A DNA stretch of 42,562 nt from positions 1-42,562 of the IMG/VR virus record IMGVR_UViG_3300003375_000052, one strand, 5' to 3'. This DNA is from a virus (taxonomy: Duplodnaviria > Caudoviricetes). The notes beneath the pieces were generated by a model. It was not told the origin of the DNA, ran no database searches, and saw only the letters and a list, made by a program, of their open reading frames with translations. Of this stretch, positions 1 through 8,088 are shown piece by piece (position 1 is the first letter of the stretch; each line of letters begins with the position of its first letter). The translations under genes were made by a program, and so were the position numbers.

Positions 1-92
1 GTTACGCCCATTACTGATTTTTTTGTGCCTTGTAAGCCTTCTAATAGGGCTTCCTTAGTTTCTGCCCAACGTCCGTTTAATAGTTCTGACAT
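1..92 (-). CDS. gp23: Major capsid protein, N-terminal fragment (runs off the window edge)
   Basis: ATG at 92 preceded by AAGGAG (101-106); reads MSELLNGRWAETKEALLEGLQGTKKSVMGV; lies directly after the scaffold gene in T4 order 20-67-68-21-22-23. Confidence 0.8.
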   Translation of the reverse strand, partial: MSELLNGRWAETKEALLEGLQGTKKSVMGV

Positions 93-104
93 TTAAATTT
101 CTCC

Positions 105-1199
105 TTAAAATTTTAGTCCAGCAAGTTTGCGAATATCAACAATGTTGCTATCGCTCTCACTGCTATATTTGGTGTTGGAAATCTTATTTCCGGTTACTTC
201 TTTAGCCTCTACTAGTGCCTGTTTCTTCTGCGGAGCCTTACCATTTAAAACACTTGGCAAGTACTTTTCAAAACTTTCGTTTAGACGTTCTGTTTTCACA
301 GTCTCCATCAATTCACTCATGATTTCTTTTTGCTCATTGTTAAGTGGAGCAAGTAGTTCTGTCATGACTGCTTGTCTTTCTTGGCTCTCTTTAAGAGCAC
401 GGATCTCTGCCTGTTTACTTTCTAAGATTTGTTCAGCTTGTGCAACAGCTTGTGCAGCTTCTTGCATGGCTAAATCTTTCAAGTCTATAACTTTGAGTAA
501 CTTGGCTGTTTCCGATTTTTCATTTAGGTAGCTGCTTGAATATTCAGCGGCAAAAGCCTCAAATAACTTGCGGCCAAAGTCTTGACGACGAGCAGCTTCG
601 ATGTCTTCTTTCAATGATGTAATTTCAGAACGTAGTCCTGTTGTTACAACACCTTCAACCATCTGAGCAGCACGTTTTACAAAAGCTTCTTTTACCTTCT
701 TGATTTCTGCACGACCTTCGCGAACTAAACGTACTTTAGTTTCAGCTAGATCACGCTTGTCTTGTCCAAACTCTGTAATTTCTTGAGCTAGAGCCTCAAC
801 TACGAATTGTTCTAATGTTCCGAACTTGCTTGCCATTTCGATTTGATCTTCGTGCAATTCACGAACTTCTTGAGCTAGTTGACGTGTAACAAATTCCTTC
901 ATTACAGCAGCATCAGCTTTCATCTTTTGAGCATACTTAACTTTCATTTCTGCAAGTTGATTACGATCATCGGCAAACTCAACAATCTCAGCAGCTAATT
1001 GCTCAGAGATCATGCGATCTACTGCTTCAATCATTGTGTTTTTGTCATGTTCATATTTTTGTGCGAACTCTTCGCGGAGTTGTTGAGTAGCAGCTTCCTT
1101 AGCTTCAGTGATGCGAGCTTCGAATGCTTGTTCAATTGACTCTTTGATCTCTTCTGAAATCACATTGTTTTCAAATAACGATTTTAGTGCGTCCAACAT
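105..1199 (-). CDS. gp22: Prohead core scaffolding protein
   Basis: 364-aa Glu/Ala/Lys-rich coiled-coil protein with many L/I-x-E sites; lies between the protease and MCP genes; AGGAG RBS. Confidence 0.85.
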   Translation of the reverse strand: MLDALKSLFENNVISEEIKESIEQAFEARITEAKEAATQQLREEFAQKYEHDKNTMIEAVDRMISEQLAAEIVEFADDRNQLAEMKVKYAQKMKADAAVMKEFVTRQLAQEVRELHEDQIEMASKFGTLEQFVVEALAQEITEFGQDKRDLAETKVRLVREGRAEIKKVKEAFVKRAAQMVEGVVTTGLRSEITSLKEDIEAARRQDFGRKLFEAFAAEYSSSYLNEKSETAKLLKVIDLKDLAMQEAAQAVAQAEQILESKQAEIRALKESQERQAVMTELLAPLNNEQKEIMSELMETVKTERLNESFEKYLPSVLNGKAPQKKQALVEAKEVTGNKISNTKYSSESDSNIVDIRKLAGLKF

Positions 1200-1212
1200 G
1201 TGATTCTCCTTA

Positions 1213-1842
1213 TTATTGGAGTTTGCTTATTATATTCAATAAGCTCTCTTTGAGATATTTCTGTGCTTTAGGATCACCTTTAACCTCTTGCGCTATGCGT
1301 AAGGCACTTAATCCGCCCTTATTATTCATAAGGTGTTCATAAATTGGTGTTGGGTATGCTCCCGGAGCACTAGGTTGAGCTACCATATCTACTGTGATAA
1401 TCTCAAAATCTGATACTTCACCGGAACCGTTATCACTAACGTTTCCGGATCCGCGACTTGAAACACCTAACTTGACTCCGCTTTCTAGCATTGTCTTGAT
1501 AAGTTGTCCCATAGGGGTTGGCAAAACTTTCAATTTGCCGTAACCATTAGGGCCGTCCATCCACATATTAACTATCATGTGGGACACACGGTCCAGGTTA
1601 ATTTTTAGATCATCTGGATGATCTACTTCTCCGAGAACTGAATAGCCATTTTGAATCTGATCGTTTAAGGTCTTGACAGCCTTGCCAATCTCATTCACAG
1701 GATAAACACGCTGGTTAGCGTTACGAATACCGCCCTGGATGCAAATCCCGGACATGTATAAGTTTTTCCCTTCTTTGTCATCAGACTCAACGACCATTTT
1801 TGCTTCGTTGAAACTTAGATTCTCTCGGAGGTATAGCGACAT
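1213..1842 (-). CDS. gp21: Prohead core protein protease (T4 gp21 family)
   Basis: Motifs NANQRVYP, LGEVDHP, INLDRVSH, LGVSSRGSG, DMVAQPSAPGA. Confidence 0.95.
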   Translation of the reverse strand: MSLYLRENLSFNEAKMVVESDDKEGKNLYMSGICIQGGIRNANQRVYPVNEIGKAVKTLNDQIQNGYSVLGEVDHPDDLKINLDRVSHMIVNMWMDGPNGYGKLKVLPTPMGQLIKTMLESGVKLGVSSRGSGNVSDNGSGEVSDFEIITVDMVAQPSAPGAYPTPIYEHLMNNKGGLSALRIAQEVKGDPKAQKYLKESLLNIISKLQ

Positions 1843-1862
1843 ATTTTAAATATAGTCTCTTT

Positions 1863-2747
1863 TTATTTCTTTAAAGGACGTAGAGTACTTTGCTTGTTGT
1901 CTGCTGTTTCTTTTGAACCAGCTTTCTCAGCGCCGTGACCAGGTTCTTTCTTTTTAAATGCTTTCTTACCTGCGTCACCGCCTGGTACATTTAAATTACC
2001 TGCTGCAGCTGGGTTAGCTGCAACTTTAGGACTAGCTAGGCCGCCTTCAGTTCCGCCTTTACCTGCTTCAAATGACTTAGCAATATTAGCAGTTGTACCG
2101 CCCATATCGTTCTTCATATTGTCAATTGTTGACTTGGTGTTTGCACCGTTGTCACCATGCTTTGGAGGAGCAACTTTGTTTACATATTCCATTAAACTTG
2201 CTAATTCATCTTCCATTGCTGGCTCTTCTTCACCACCTGCCATGTCTGTTTCGATGTCATGCATTGGCATACCATCGCCGTGTACACCTGGCTCATGTTC
2301 TTCTTCGTGCTCTTCACCCTGAAGCATTTGTTCAAATTCTGCTTTTAGGTCTTCTAAGGCATCTTCTAGGTCCATAACACGGTCTTCCATGTCACCGTCT
2401 TCTTCGCCGTCGTCTTCACCTTCGCCGTCTTCTTCGCCGTCGTCTTCTGATTCTTCGCCGTCTTCTTCGCCGTCTTCTTCGCCGTCGTCTTCTGATTCTT
2501 CGCCGTCTTCTTCACCTTCTTCTTCTTCACCTTCTTTAGAAGCGAATGGGTTCTCAGATTCTTCTTCGGAAGATTCGTTCTTAGCGTAAGGATTACCTTG
2601 GTCTTGACCAAAGTCTGATTCTAATAATTCTTCGTAAATTTCACGTGATTTTCCAACAACGATGTTGTGGAATATTTCTTTTGCTGCATCTTGATCGTCA
2701 TTGATAAGTGCTTCTAGCATTGCTTCGAATTGAGCGCGGTCAGTCAT
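1863..2747 (-). CDS. Highly acidic prohead core protein (gp67/gp68 position)
   Basis: 294 aa with a long E/D/G tract and a basic C-terminus; AGGAGAA RBS; lies between portal and protease. Confidence 0.6.
   Translation of the reverse strand: MTDRAQFEAMLEALINDDQDAAKEIFHNIVVGKSREIYEELLESDFGQDQGNPYAKNESSEEESENPFASKEGEEEEGEEDGEESEDDGEEDGEEDGEESEDDGEEDGEGEDDGEEDGDMEDRVMDLEDALEDLKAEFEQMLQGEEHEEEHEPGVHGDGMPMHDIETDMAGGEEEPAMEDELASLMEYVNKVAPPKHGDNGANTKSTIDNMKNDMGGTTANIAKSFEAGKGGTEGGLASPKVAANPAAAGNLNVPGGDAGKKAFKKKEPGHGAEKAGSKETADNKQSTLRPLKK
2421..2510. repeat. Perfect 45-bp tandem duplication within a degenerate 12/15-bp acidic-tract repeat (about 2395-2530)
   Basis: ttcgccgtcttcttcgccgtcgtcttctgattcttcgccgtcttc occurs at 2421-2465 and 2466-2510, encoding EDGEESEDDGEEDGE twice. 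Confidence 0.95.
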
Positions 2748-2789
2748 GTTTAATTCTCCTGTGATAGTTGTTGATACAAGGCTGTATTA

Positions 2790-2797
2790 TATTTACT
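2790..2797 (-). promoter_or_regulatory. Putative late (gp55-type) promoter AGTAAATA
   Basis: TAAATA core about 43 nt upstream of the 2747 ATG; variant of the T4 late consensus TATAAATA. Confidence 0.55.
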
Positions 2798-2859
2798 TTT
2801 TTATTACAAAAGTAGGTAGATATCGGGCGAAAACGACTCGTTTTTGTCGTTTTTTTAAA

Positions 2860-3099
2860 TTATTGTGCAGCAGGCGGAGGTGCTGCATACATTGCGTGGA
2901 TAAATTCTAGTTCTTTTTCCTGTTCTAATATATGTGCTTCAGTACTTTTGCGAAGTTCGTTGATCTGTCTAAGTGTTAAACGAGTCTTGCGAGTATCGTC
3001 ACGATGTAGTTGTCCGTTGTCACGGCCAGCATCATAGCGTAGATCATTAGCCACATGGCGAGTATCGGGGTCGATATAAAATAATTCTCTGAGGATCAT
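2860..3099 (-). CDS. Small head-associated protein (79 aa, MILRELFY...), gp67/gp68 position
   Basis: True start is probably the ATG at 3099, just after the portal stop; the longer 3336 start overlaps the portal gene out of frame. Confidence 0.7.
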   Translation of the reverse strand: MILRELFYIDPDTRHVANDLRYDAGRDNGQLHRDDTRKTRLTLRQINELRKSTEAHILEQEKELEFIHAMYAAPPPAAQ

Positions 3100-3103
3100 A
3101 TTA

Positions 3104-3111
3104 TATTTATG
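3104..3111 (-). promoter_or_regulatory. Putative late promoter CATAAATA overlapping the portal stop codon
   Basis: Sequence CATAAATA-TAAT-ATG; only 4 nt to the next ATG and no SD. Confidence 0.6.
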
Positions 3112-4858
3112 CAACTGGTCCTGCTTGACCACCTGGAGGACCTGCCGGAGCAGCGCCGGGCGTTGCTGCTTCACCTGTTTCGTCCATGGCCATGTCTTCT
3201 GGAGCTTCTGTATCTGCGGCAGCACCAAGATCACCTTCAATTCCGCCTGCTGATATACCTGCTGAACGTAATTCTCCAGCAGCATCAGTGCTAGTAGCTT
3301 CGCCTTTACCGTTTTCTTCGCCCCATAAGCGTTCATTTTCTGCGATTTCTTCGTCGGTTAGCCCTAAGAAACGATTCATTGCAAACCGTTTACTCATAAA
3401 TGGCACTGCTTGTACAGTATTAAATGTGTTAATACGTTCAGCATCAATGGTTGCTTGACGGCTACTGGCAAAGTTCATTGGCGGATTAAAATTTAATTCA
3501 AATAGGCTCGGGTCAATATTCATGCCTTTTGAGTTCATATACAACTTAAACTCTTCATCAAACACTGCTGTTAACAATGATTGTAAACGTTCACAGTACT
3601 TGTTAAAGCGTAGCTCTTGAATATAAGCTGTTCCCACACGACCATCATTGAATGTTGCTTGTGAATCATCTGCACCTGTGGGCAGATAGCTTGATGGAAT
3701 ACGTAAACCACGGAATAACTTGTTGGTAAAGTATTTTAAGTCATCAATTTCACCAATGTTCTTACCACCTTCGAGCATTTTAACATCACTACCTTTGCCA
3801 TCTGCTGTCTTTGGAAAGAAATAATCCTCATTAATACTCAAAGGATTGTATGCGCTGTCTATGACGTTCTGTCCGCCGCCAGTTTGCGATGGAATTCTGC
3901 GCTGGTGAATCTCATTTTTAACACGTTCTACAAACTGCATGGCCATATGACTTGGCATATTGCCCACGTCAATGGTAAACACGCGACGTTCTGGGGCACG
4001 GCTTATACGATAGATTAGAATAGCATCTTCTAATAGTTCTTTTTGTTTATAGACTTTAAACACATTCTCTAGTAAACTGTTGCCAAATGGAAAGTTATTG
4101 TCCAGTCCTTCTGATAAACTTAGGTGTATAACATGTTCCGCCGACACTGCTGATTCTCGTTGATTAAGGCCAAAGCGACTAGTATTGCCTGCACTTGGAC
4201 CTACTCCGGCACCGCCTGAAGTATTATTGCCACCGCCGCTGCCAAATCCACCTAAGATAGTCGAACCTTGTGTGCCTTGGCGTGGTCCAACTTGTGGAGT
4301 AATCATAGTGGCCACTAGACTTTCAAAATTAGGTGCTAAATCTTTAATGATATACTGTTCAGGTTTCTTACCTTCACTTTCATTTACAATAACTTTAATA
4401 ACCTGTGCTGAATCAATCCATGTCCACTTTTGATTTTCAGGATCGCGAACAAAGAAAGCATCACCGTATTTGAATGTATTGCGCACAATACGGAATATGC
4501 GTGTGTCAAACTGCTGTAGTTTGTTCCATTGGTTTAGATATTCACCAAGTATCTTAACTTCAGCATTGGTACCTTTGGTACGCCACTTGACTGCAAATGG
4601 ACTTTTTGAATCTTTTAATTTCTGTGTGCAGAATTCTGCAAGGATATCTAAGGCAGCATTGACTTCTGGATCACTATCCATGACTTCATACTGTGCATAA
4701 CGCTCAATACGATTAGGTGAACCTGTATAGACATCTGGCAAATAGCTAGAGTAGTTTGTACGTGCTGGCCCAGGACGGCTGCCTGAGTTAGCACCAGAAA
4801 TTGGACTAAGCATTTCGCCGTTAACCGGTACTGGGGTAAAGTACTTTTTCCATGACAT
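3107..4858 (-). CDS. gp20: Portal vertex protein
   Basis: T4 gp20 motifs LEDAILIYRISRAPERRVFTIDVGNMP, EDYFFP, IDDLKYFTNKLFRGLRIPSSYL, ELRFNKYCERLQ. Confidence 0.97.
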   Translation of the reverse strand: MSWKKYFTPVPVNGEMLSPISGANSGSRPGPARTNYSSYLPDVYTGSPNRIERYAQYEVMDSDPEVNAALDILAEFCTQKLKDSKSPFAVKWRTKGTNAEVKILGEYLNQWNKLQQFDTRIFRIVRNTFKYGDAFFVRDPENQKWTWIDSAQVIKVIVNESEGKKPEQYIIKDLAPNFESLVATMITPQVGPRQGTQGSTILGGFGSGGGNNTSGGAGVGPSAGNTSRFGLNQRESAVSAEHVIHLSLSEGLDNNFPFGNSLLENVFKVYKQKELLEDAILIYRISRAPERRVFTIDVGNMPSHMAMQFVERVKNEIHQRRIPSQTGGGQNVIDSAYNPLSINEDYFFPKTADGKGSDVKMLEGGKNIGEIDDLKYFTNKLFRGLRIPSSYLPTGADDSQATFNDGRVGTAYIQELRFNKYCERLQSLLTAVFDEEFKLYMNSKGMNIDPSLFELNFNPPMNFASSRQATIDAERINTFNTVQAVPFMSKRFAMNRFLGLTDEEIAENERLWGEENGKGEATSTDAAGELRSAGISAGGIEGDLGAAADTEAPEDMAMDETGEAATPGAAPAGPPGGQAGPVA

Positions 4859-4872
4859 AGTGTGTATTATCC

Positions 4873-6978
4873 TTAAGCGTAACGGTTATTAGATAGACCT
4901 TTTGTAGCTCTTACTTGCTTTTCATTAAGGTTAACTGTTTCAGCAGTATGTGAGATCAATTGCATCATACCTTTATTTAACTGTATCAGCTGTTCTTTGA
5001 GGTCGGTTATGGATGCACCGCCAGCAGTTGCAGGCATTGGTTGAGGTGCTGCAACAGGTTTTGGCATTGCGTGACCTAATGTATCAGCATCAACGGATGA
5101 TACTTTTGTTTTAATATTGTTTAACATACCGTTTAGTTGAGGTCCAATTTGGCTTTGCACCTGCTGAGCTATGTTATTCACATTAGGCATATTACCAGCC
5201 ATCTGCCCTTGCATCTTGCCCATTATTTGTCCCATTTGGCTTTGCATCTGCTGAGCATTAGGCATACTACCAGCCATCTGCCCTTGCATCTTGCTCATTA
5301 TTTGTCCCATTTGGTCTTTTCTAGCAATCATTTCTTCGCCGTGTACTTCAATAGGAGTACCGGATCCAAATTGTTCAAACATTTTATTAAAATCGCCGCC
5401 ATTTAAGAAATCAGGAATACCCGGAGAACCGTTTAATCTTTTTATGTTAGTATTAGGAGGAAGGACCCCGCCCGGTGTTGGTGCAGCTCCTTTAACCCCA
5501 ATTAATTTATTTGCAGCATTGAAAGCATCGGATACTGCGTTTTTTGTAGTTGCTGTCATTCCAGCACGAGTACTAACTGATTTAATTGCTGCATCTAGTT
5601 GTGGAAATGATGTATTAACAGTATCACCAATCTTATCGTTTAGTGTTTTAAATCCGCCTGCAATTACTGATCCAGCAACTTTTCCTAATTGTTCAACTTG
5701 ATTGATACCGCGACCAACAACTGCTCCAGGATCTTTTTCGCCTTTTTCATTTAATCCAGCATCTTTTTTAGCTTTATTTTGTGCAATAAAATCCATAGCT
5801 GCTGCTTCGTCGCTGGGCAGCTTCTTTCTTGCAAGTTCTGCTTGTGCTGCCATAATGTTTTTAGTATATTCTGAACCACCTTTTATAACTTCACCATGTG
5901 CTAATATTCGGTCACCCATCAATTCGGTTTGTTTTAAGTAATCTTCATCTTGTAATCGTTTAGCGATAGCAACCTTTGTTGCTTTTTCAGCTTCTGCAAT
6001 TTGAGTTGCATTGCCGTTTTTAAGAGCATCGGCATATGCTCGCATTTTTTCTTGTACTTCAGGTCCGTATGATGCTGCTTGTGCTAAGCCTTCTTTAGTT
6101 CTTACACCGCCAGTGACCATTTCTTTAAGCATGTTTTGTGCAGGAGCGCCAAAATTGTTCATGGCCGCTGTTGCTTGAGTCATCTTATTGCCAAACTCGG
6201 GATCAACCTTCATTTGTCGAAGAACAGCAGCTTCAATTTCTGCACTTTCCATAACCTTTTTGTTTGCGGCTTCTTGTTCTTTTCTGCTCTTACCTGTCAT
6301 TTCTGATACTGCTGTAAGTTCATGTAAGTATCCAAGTGTTGCTTCTTTAACTTTGGCAGTGTATTCTGCCTGGTCACCGTAGACATTAACCATACTACTA
6401 CTGACTGTTACTAATGCGTCAGAAAATTCCATGGATTGAACACCCATAGCCTGTAGTTGTTGTCCAGCTGTGGTATTTTGAATTTCAGTTAATGTTGATA
6501 AGAATACTTTTGCAGAAGCATTTTGTCCTGCTGCGGCTCCCGCAAATGCTTTACCGCTTTGTTGAATAACCTGTGTAAATTCTGGAACTGTTAATCGTGC
6601 ATCTTTAATTGCTAAGTTAGCATCTCCAAGATTTTGGCCAAATGTAACACCGTATTTTCCGGTTTCATTTAATGCACGATTAACATTATAAGCGCCAGTT
6701 CCTACTTCATTAAGCATATCACCAGCTACTTTACCTGCTTTACCAAAATTACCAATAAATCCCGAAGTAGCTGTTATAACATCGCCTGCAGTGGCTGTTC
6801 CTCCTGCAAGAGCGCCAAGTCCAGCAGTGGTTTTATCTATGCCTTTTGAAAATGTTTCAGTAAAAGTATCTTTGCCGCCGGCTTGGGGAGGTGATTGTGA
6901 ATTACCTCGAGCCGTGGTACTATTAACGTTGGCAAAACCGTCTCTAATTGCTGCAATGATATCGTCTTTATCGGACAT
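4873..6978 (-). CDS. Probable tape measure protein (gp29-like)
   Basis: 701 aa, Ala/Gly/Gln-rich and predicted helical; divergent from the gp26-like chaperone gene; length is in the range for T4-like rulers. Confidence 0.6.
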   Translation of the reverse strand: MSDKDDIIAAIRDGFANVNSTTARGNSQSPPQAGGKDTFTETFSKGIDKTTAGLGALAGGTATAGDVITATSGFIGNFGKAGKVAGDMLNEVGTGAYNVNRALNETGKYGVTFGQNLGDANLAIKDARLTVPEFTQVIQQSGKAFAGAAAGQNASAKVFLSTLTEIQNTTAGQQLQAMGVQSMEFSDALVTVSSSMVNVYGDQAEYTAKVKEATLGYLHELTAVSEMTGKSRKEQEAANKKVMESAEIEAAVLRQMKVDPEFGNKMTQATAAMNNFGAPAQNMLKEMVTGGVRTKEGLAQAASYGPEVQEKMRAYADALKNGNATQIAEAEKATKVAIAKRLQDEDYLKQTELMGDRILAHGEVIKGGSEYTKNIMAAQAELARKKLPSDEAAAMDFIAQNKAKKDAGLNEKGEKDPGAVVGRGINQVEQLGKVAGSVIAGGFKTLNDKIGDTVNTSFPQLDAAIKSVSTRAGMTATTKNAVSDAFNAANKLIGVKGAAPTPGGVLPPNTNIKRLNGSPGIPDFLNGGDFNKMFEQFGSGTPIEVHGEEMIARKDQMGQIMSKMQGQMAGSMPNAQQMQSQMGQIMGKMQGQMAGNMPNVNNIAQQVQSQIGPQLNGMLNNIKTKVSSVDADTLGHAMPKPVAAPQPMPATAGGASITDLKEQLIQLNKGMMQLISHTAETVNLNEKQVRATKGLSNNRYA
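5148..5314. repeat. Near-identical 59-bp repeats (75-bp period) within the tape-measure-like gene
   Basis: Copies at 5181-5239 and 5256-5314 encode QMGQIM(S/G)KMQGQMAG(S/N)MPN; a partial third unit is at 5148-5169. Confidence 0.9.
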
Positions 6979-7002
6979 AAAAAATCCCTAGAAATATGCG
7001 TA

Positions 7003-7010
7003 TATAAATA
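7003..7010 (+). promoter_or_regulatory. Late promoter TATAAATA for the gp26-like gene
   Basis: Exact T4 late consensus 29 nt upstream of ATG 7040; GGAG RBS at 7030-7033. Confidence 0.8.
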
Positions 7011-7020
7011 CTATATCATA

Positions 7021-7028
7021 TATTTATC
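7021..7028 (-). promoter_or_regulatory. Late promoter GATAAATA for the tape measure/head operon
   Basis: Plus-strand tatttatc; points toward ATG 6978. Confidence 0.7.
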
Positions 7029-7039
7029 CGGAGTATAAT

Positions 7040-7867
7040 ATGGCCACTAATCCCTTACAACAGTATTTTAGACAACCTAAGATCTATATCAAACTACCTA
7101 GCGGCGGTGTATTCAACAAGCTAGGATCCCTGCAAGGTGATGTTACTAACATGCCAGTTTACGGTATGACTGGCATGGATGAAATAATTATGAAAACTCC
7201 TGATGCACTAATGAGCGGAGAAGCTGCGGTTAAAGTTATACAGAGTTGTTGCCCATATATTAAAGATGCATGGGAGTTGAGTAATGTAGATACTGAACAA
7301 GTATTAGCTGCTATTCGAATTGCAACCTATGGTAATGAAATTGAAGTTACCAGTACTTGCAAAGAATGTGATGCTACTAACGAATATACCTTAGACTTAT
7401 CAAAATTAATTGAACATTTTAATAAGTTTGCCTATGATAACAAGGTTAAATTAAATGATTTAACCATTAACATGCAGCCTATGACGTATCGACAGAGCAC
7501 TGATTTTAATTTACGTAATTATGAATTACAAAAGCAATTACAACAAGCATTGGTTATTCAAGATGAAACGGAACAACAACAGTTAGTCAATGAAATTTTT
7601 GTTAAGATTAGTAATTTACAAAGTGAAATATTTTTTACCTGTATCGAAAGTGTAGAAACATCGTCAGAAACAGTAACTGATCGTGAATTTATTAACGAAT
7701 GGGTTAAAAACTGTGACAAAATTATGTTCGATTCTCTTAAAAAGAACTTTGAAGAAAATCGCGAAGCATTAAAAGCACCACCATTTATTGCCAAATGCGA
7801 AAGTTGCAGTGCAGATAACGAAGTTTACTTTAATTTGGATGAAACGAATTTTTTCGTGAACGCCTAA
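7040..7867 (+). CDS. gp26: Baseplate hub / tail assembly chaperone, T4 gp26-like
   Basis: IKLPSGG, MTGMDEIIMK, LAAIRIATYG, two CxxC motifs and a C-terminal ..NFF.. as in gp26-like proteins. Confidence 0.75.
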   Translation: MATNPLQQYFRQPKIYIKLPSGGVFNKLGSLQGDVTNMPVYGMTGMDEIIMKTPDALMSGEAAVKVIQSCCPYIKDAWELSNVDTEQVLAAIRIATYGNEIEVTSTCKECDATNEYTLDLSKLIEHFNKFAYDNKVKLNDLTINMQPMTYRQSTDFNLRNYELQKQLQQALVIQDETEQQQLVNEIFVKISNLQSEIFFTCIESVETSSETVTDREFINEWVKNCDKIMFDSLKKNFEENREALKAPPFIAKCESCSADNEVYFNLDETNFFVNA

Positions 7868-7909
7868 TTAGGTCAAGTAATTTAGAAATTATTGAATACC
7901 TAATTAGGC
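7849..7909 (+). other. Predicted -1 programmed ribosomal frameshift signal
   Basis: In-frame slippery heptamer T TTT TTC (7849-7855), 6-nt spacer, then a hairpin with perfect 12-bp arms GCCTAATTAGGT (7862-7873) / ACCTAATTAGGC (7898-7909). Confidence 0.75.
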
Positions 7910-8088
7910 TAGACAAAGAAGTAATAGAATTTAAAAAAGAACTAGCTAGAATTGCATGGTACATGCGAGGCAGTGTACAACTTAATGATTTATATGATCG
8001 ATACAGCTTTGACGATCGAGAGGGCATGTACGAAATAATTAAAGACAATATTGAAAGCACAAAAAATGCCCAAATGCCTTTGATTTAA
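7855..8088 (+). CDS. gp51-like C-terminal extension in the -1 frame (missed by the ORF track)
   Basis: Open frame 7843-8088: RERLIRSSNLEIIEYLIRLDKEVIEFKKELARIAWYMRGSVQLNDLYDRYSFDDREGMYEIIKDNIESTKNAQMPLI*; no ATG/GTG/TTG until 7963; fills the gap exactly up to the convergent stop at 8089. Confidence 0.7.
   Translation, partial: RERLIRSSNLEIIEYLIRLDKEVIEFKKELARIAWYMRGSVQLNDLYDRYSFDDREGMYEIIKDNIESTKNAQMPLI

Noticed and set aside
2366-2611. Histone-like KKTAKK ORF (minus) and Ser/Pro-rich ORF (plus)
   Set aside because: Alternative-frame readings of the acidic repeat in the 1863..2747 gene; no independent initiation signals.
2830-2856. Hairpin AAAACGAC/GTCGTTTT with a T-run as a terminator
   Set aside because: The stem is weak and the T-tract is on the plus strand while the flanking genes are minus-strand; not supportable.
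3100-3336. N-terminal 79 aa of the 2860..3336 ORF-track call
   Set aside because: Out-of-frame overlap with the portal C-terminus; the ATG at 3099, behind a promoter motif, is the better start.
7830-8060. Minus-strand 76-aa ORF
   Set aside because: Antisense shadow of the plus-strand -1 frame ORF, which fills the gap better and carries a frameshift signal.
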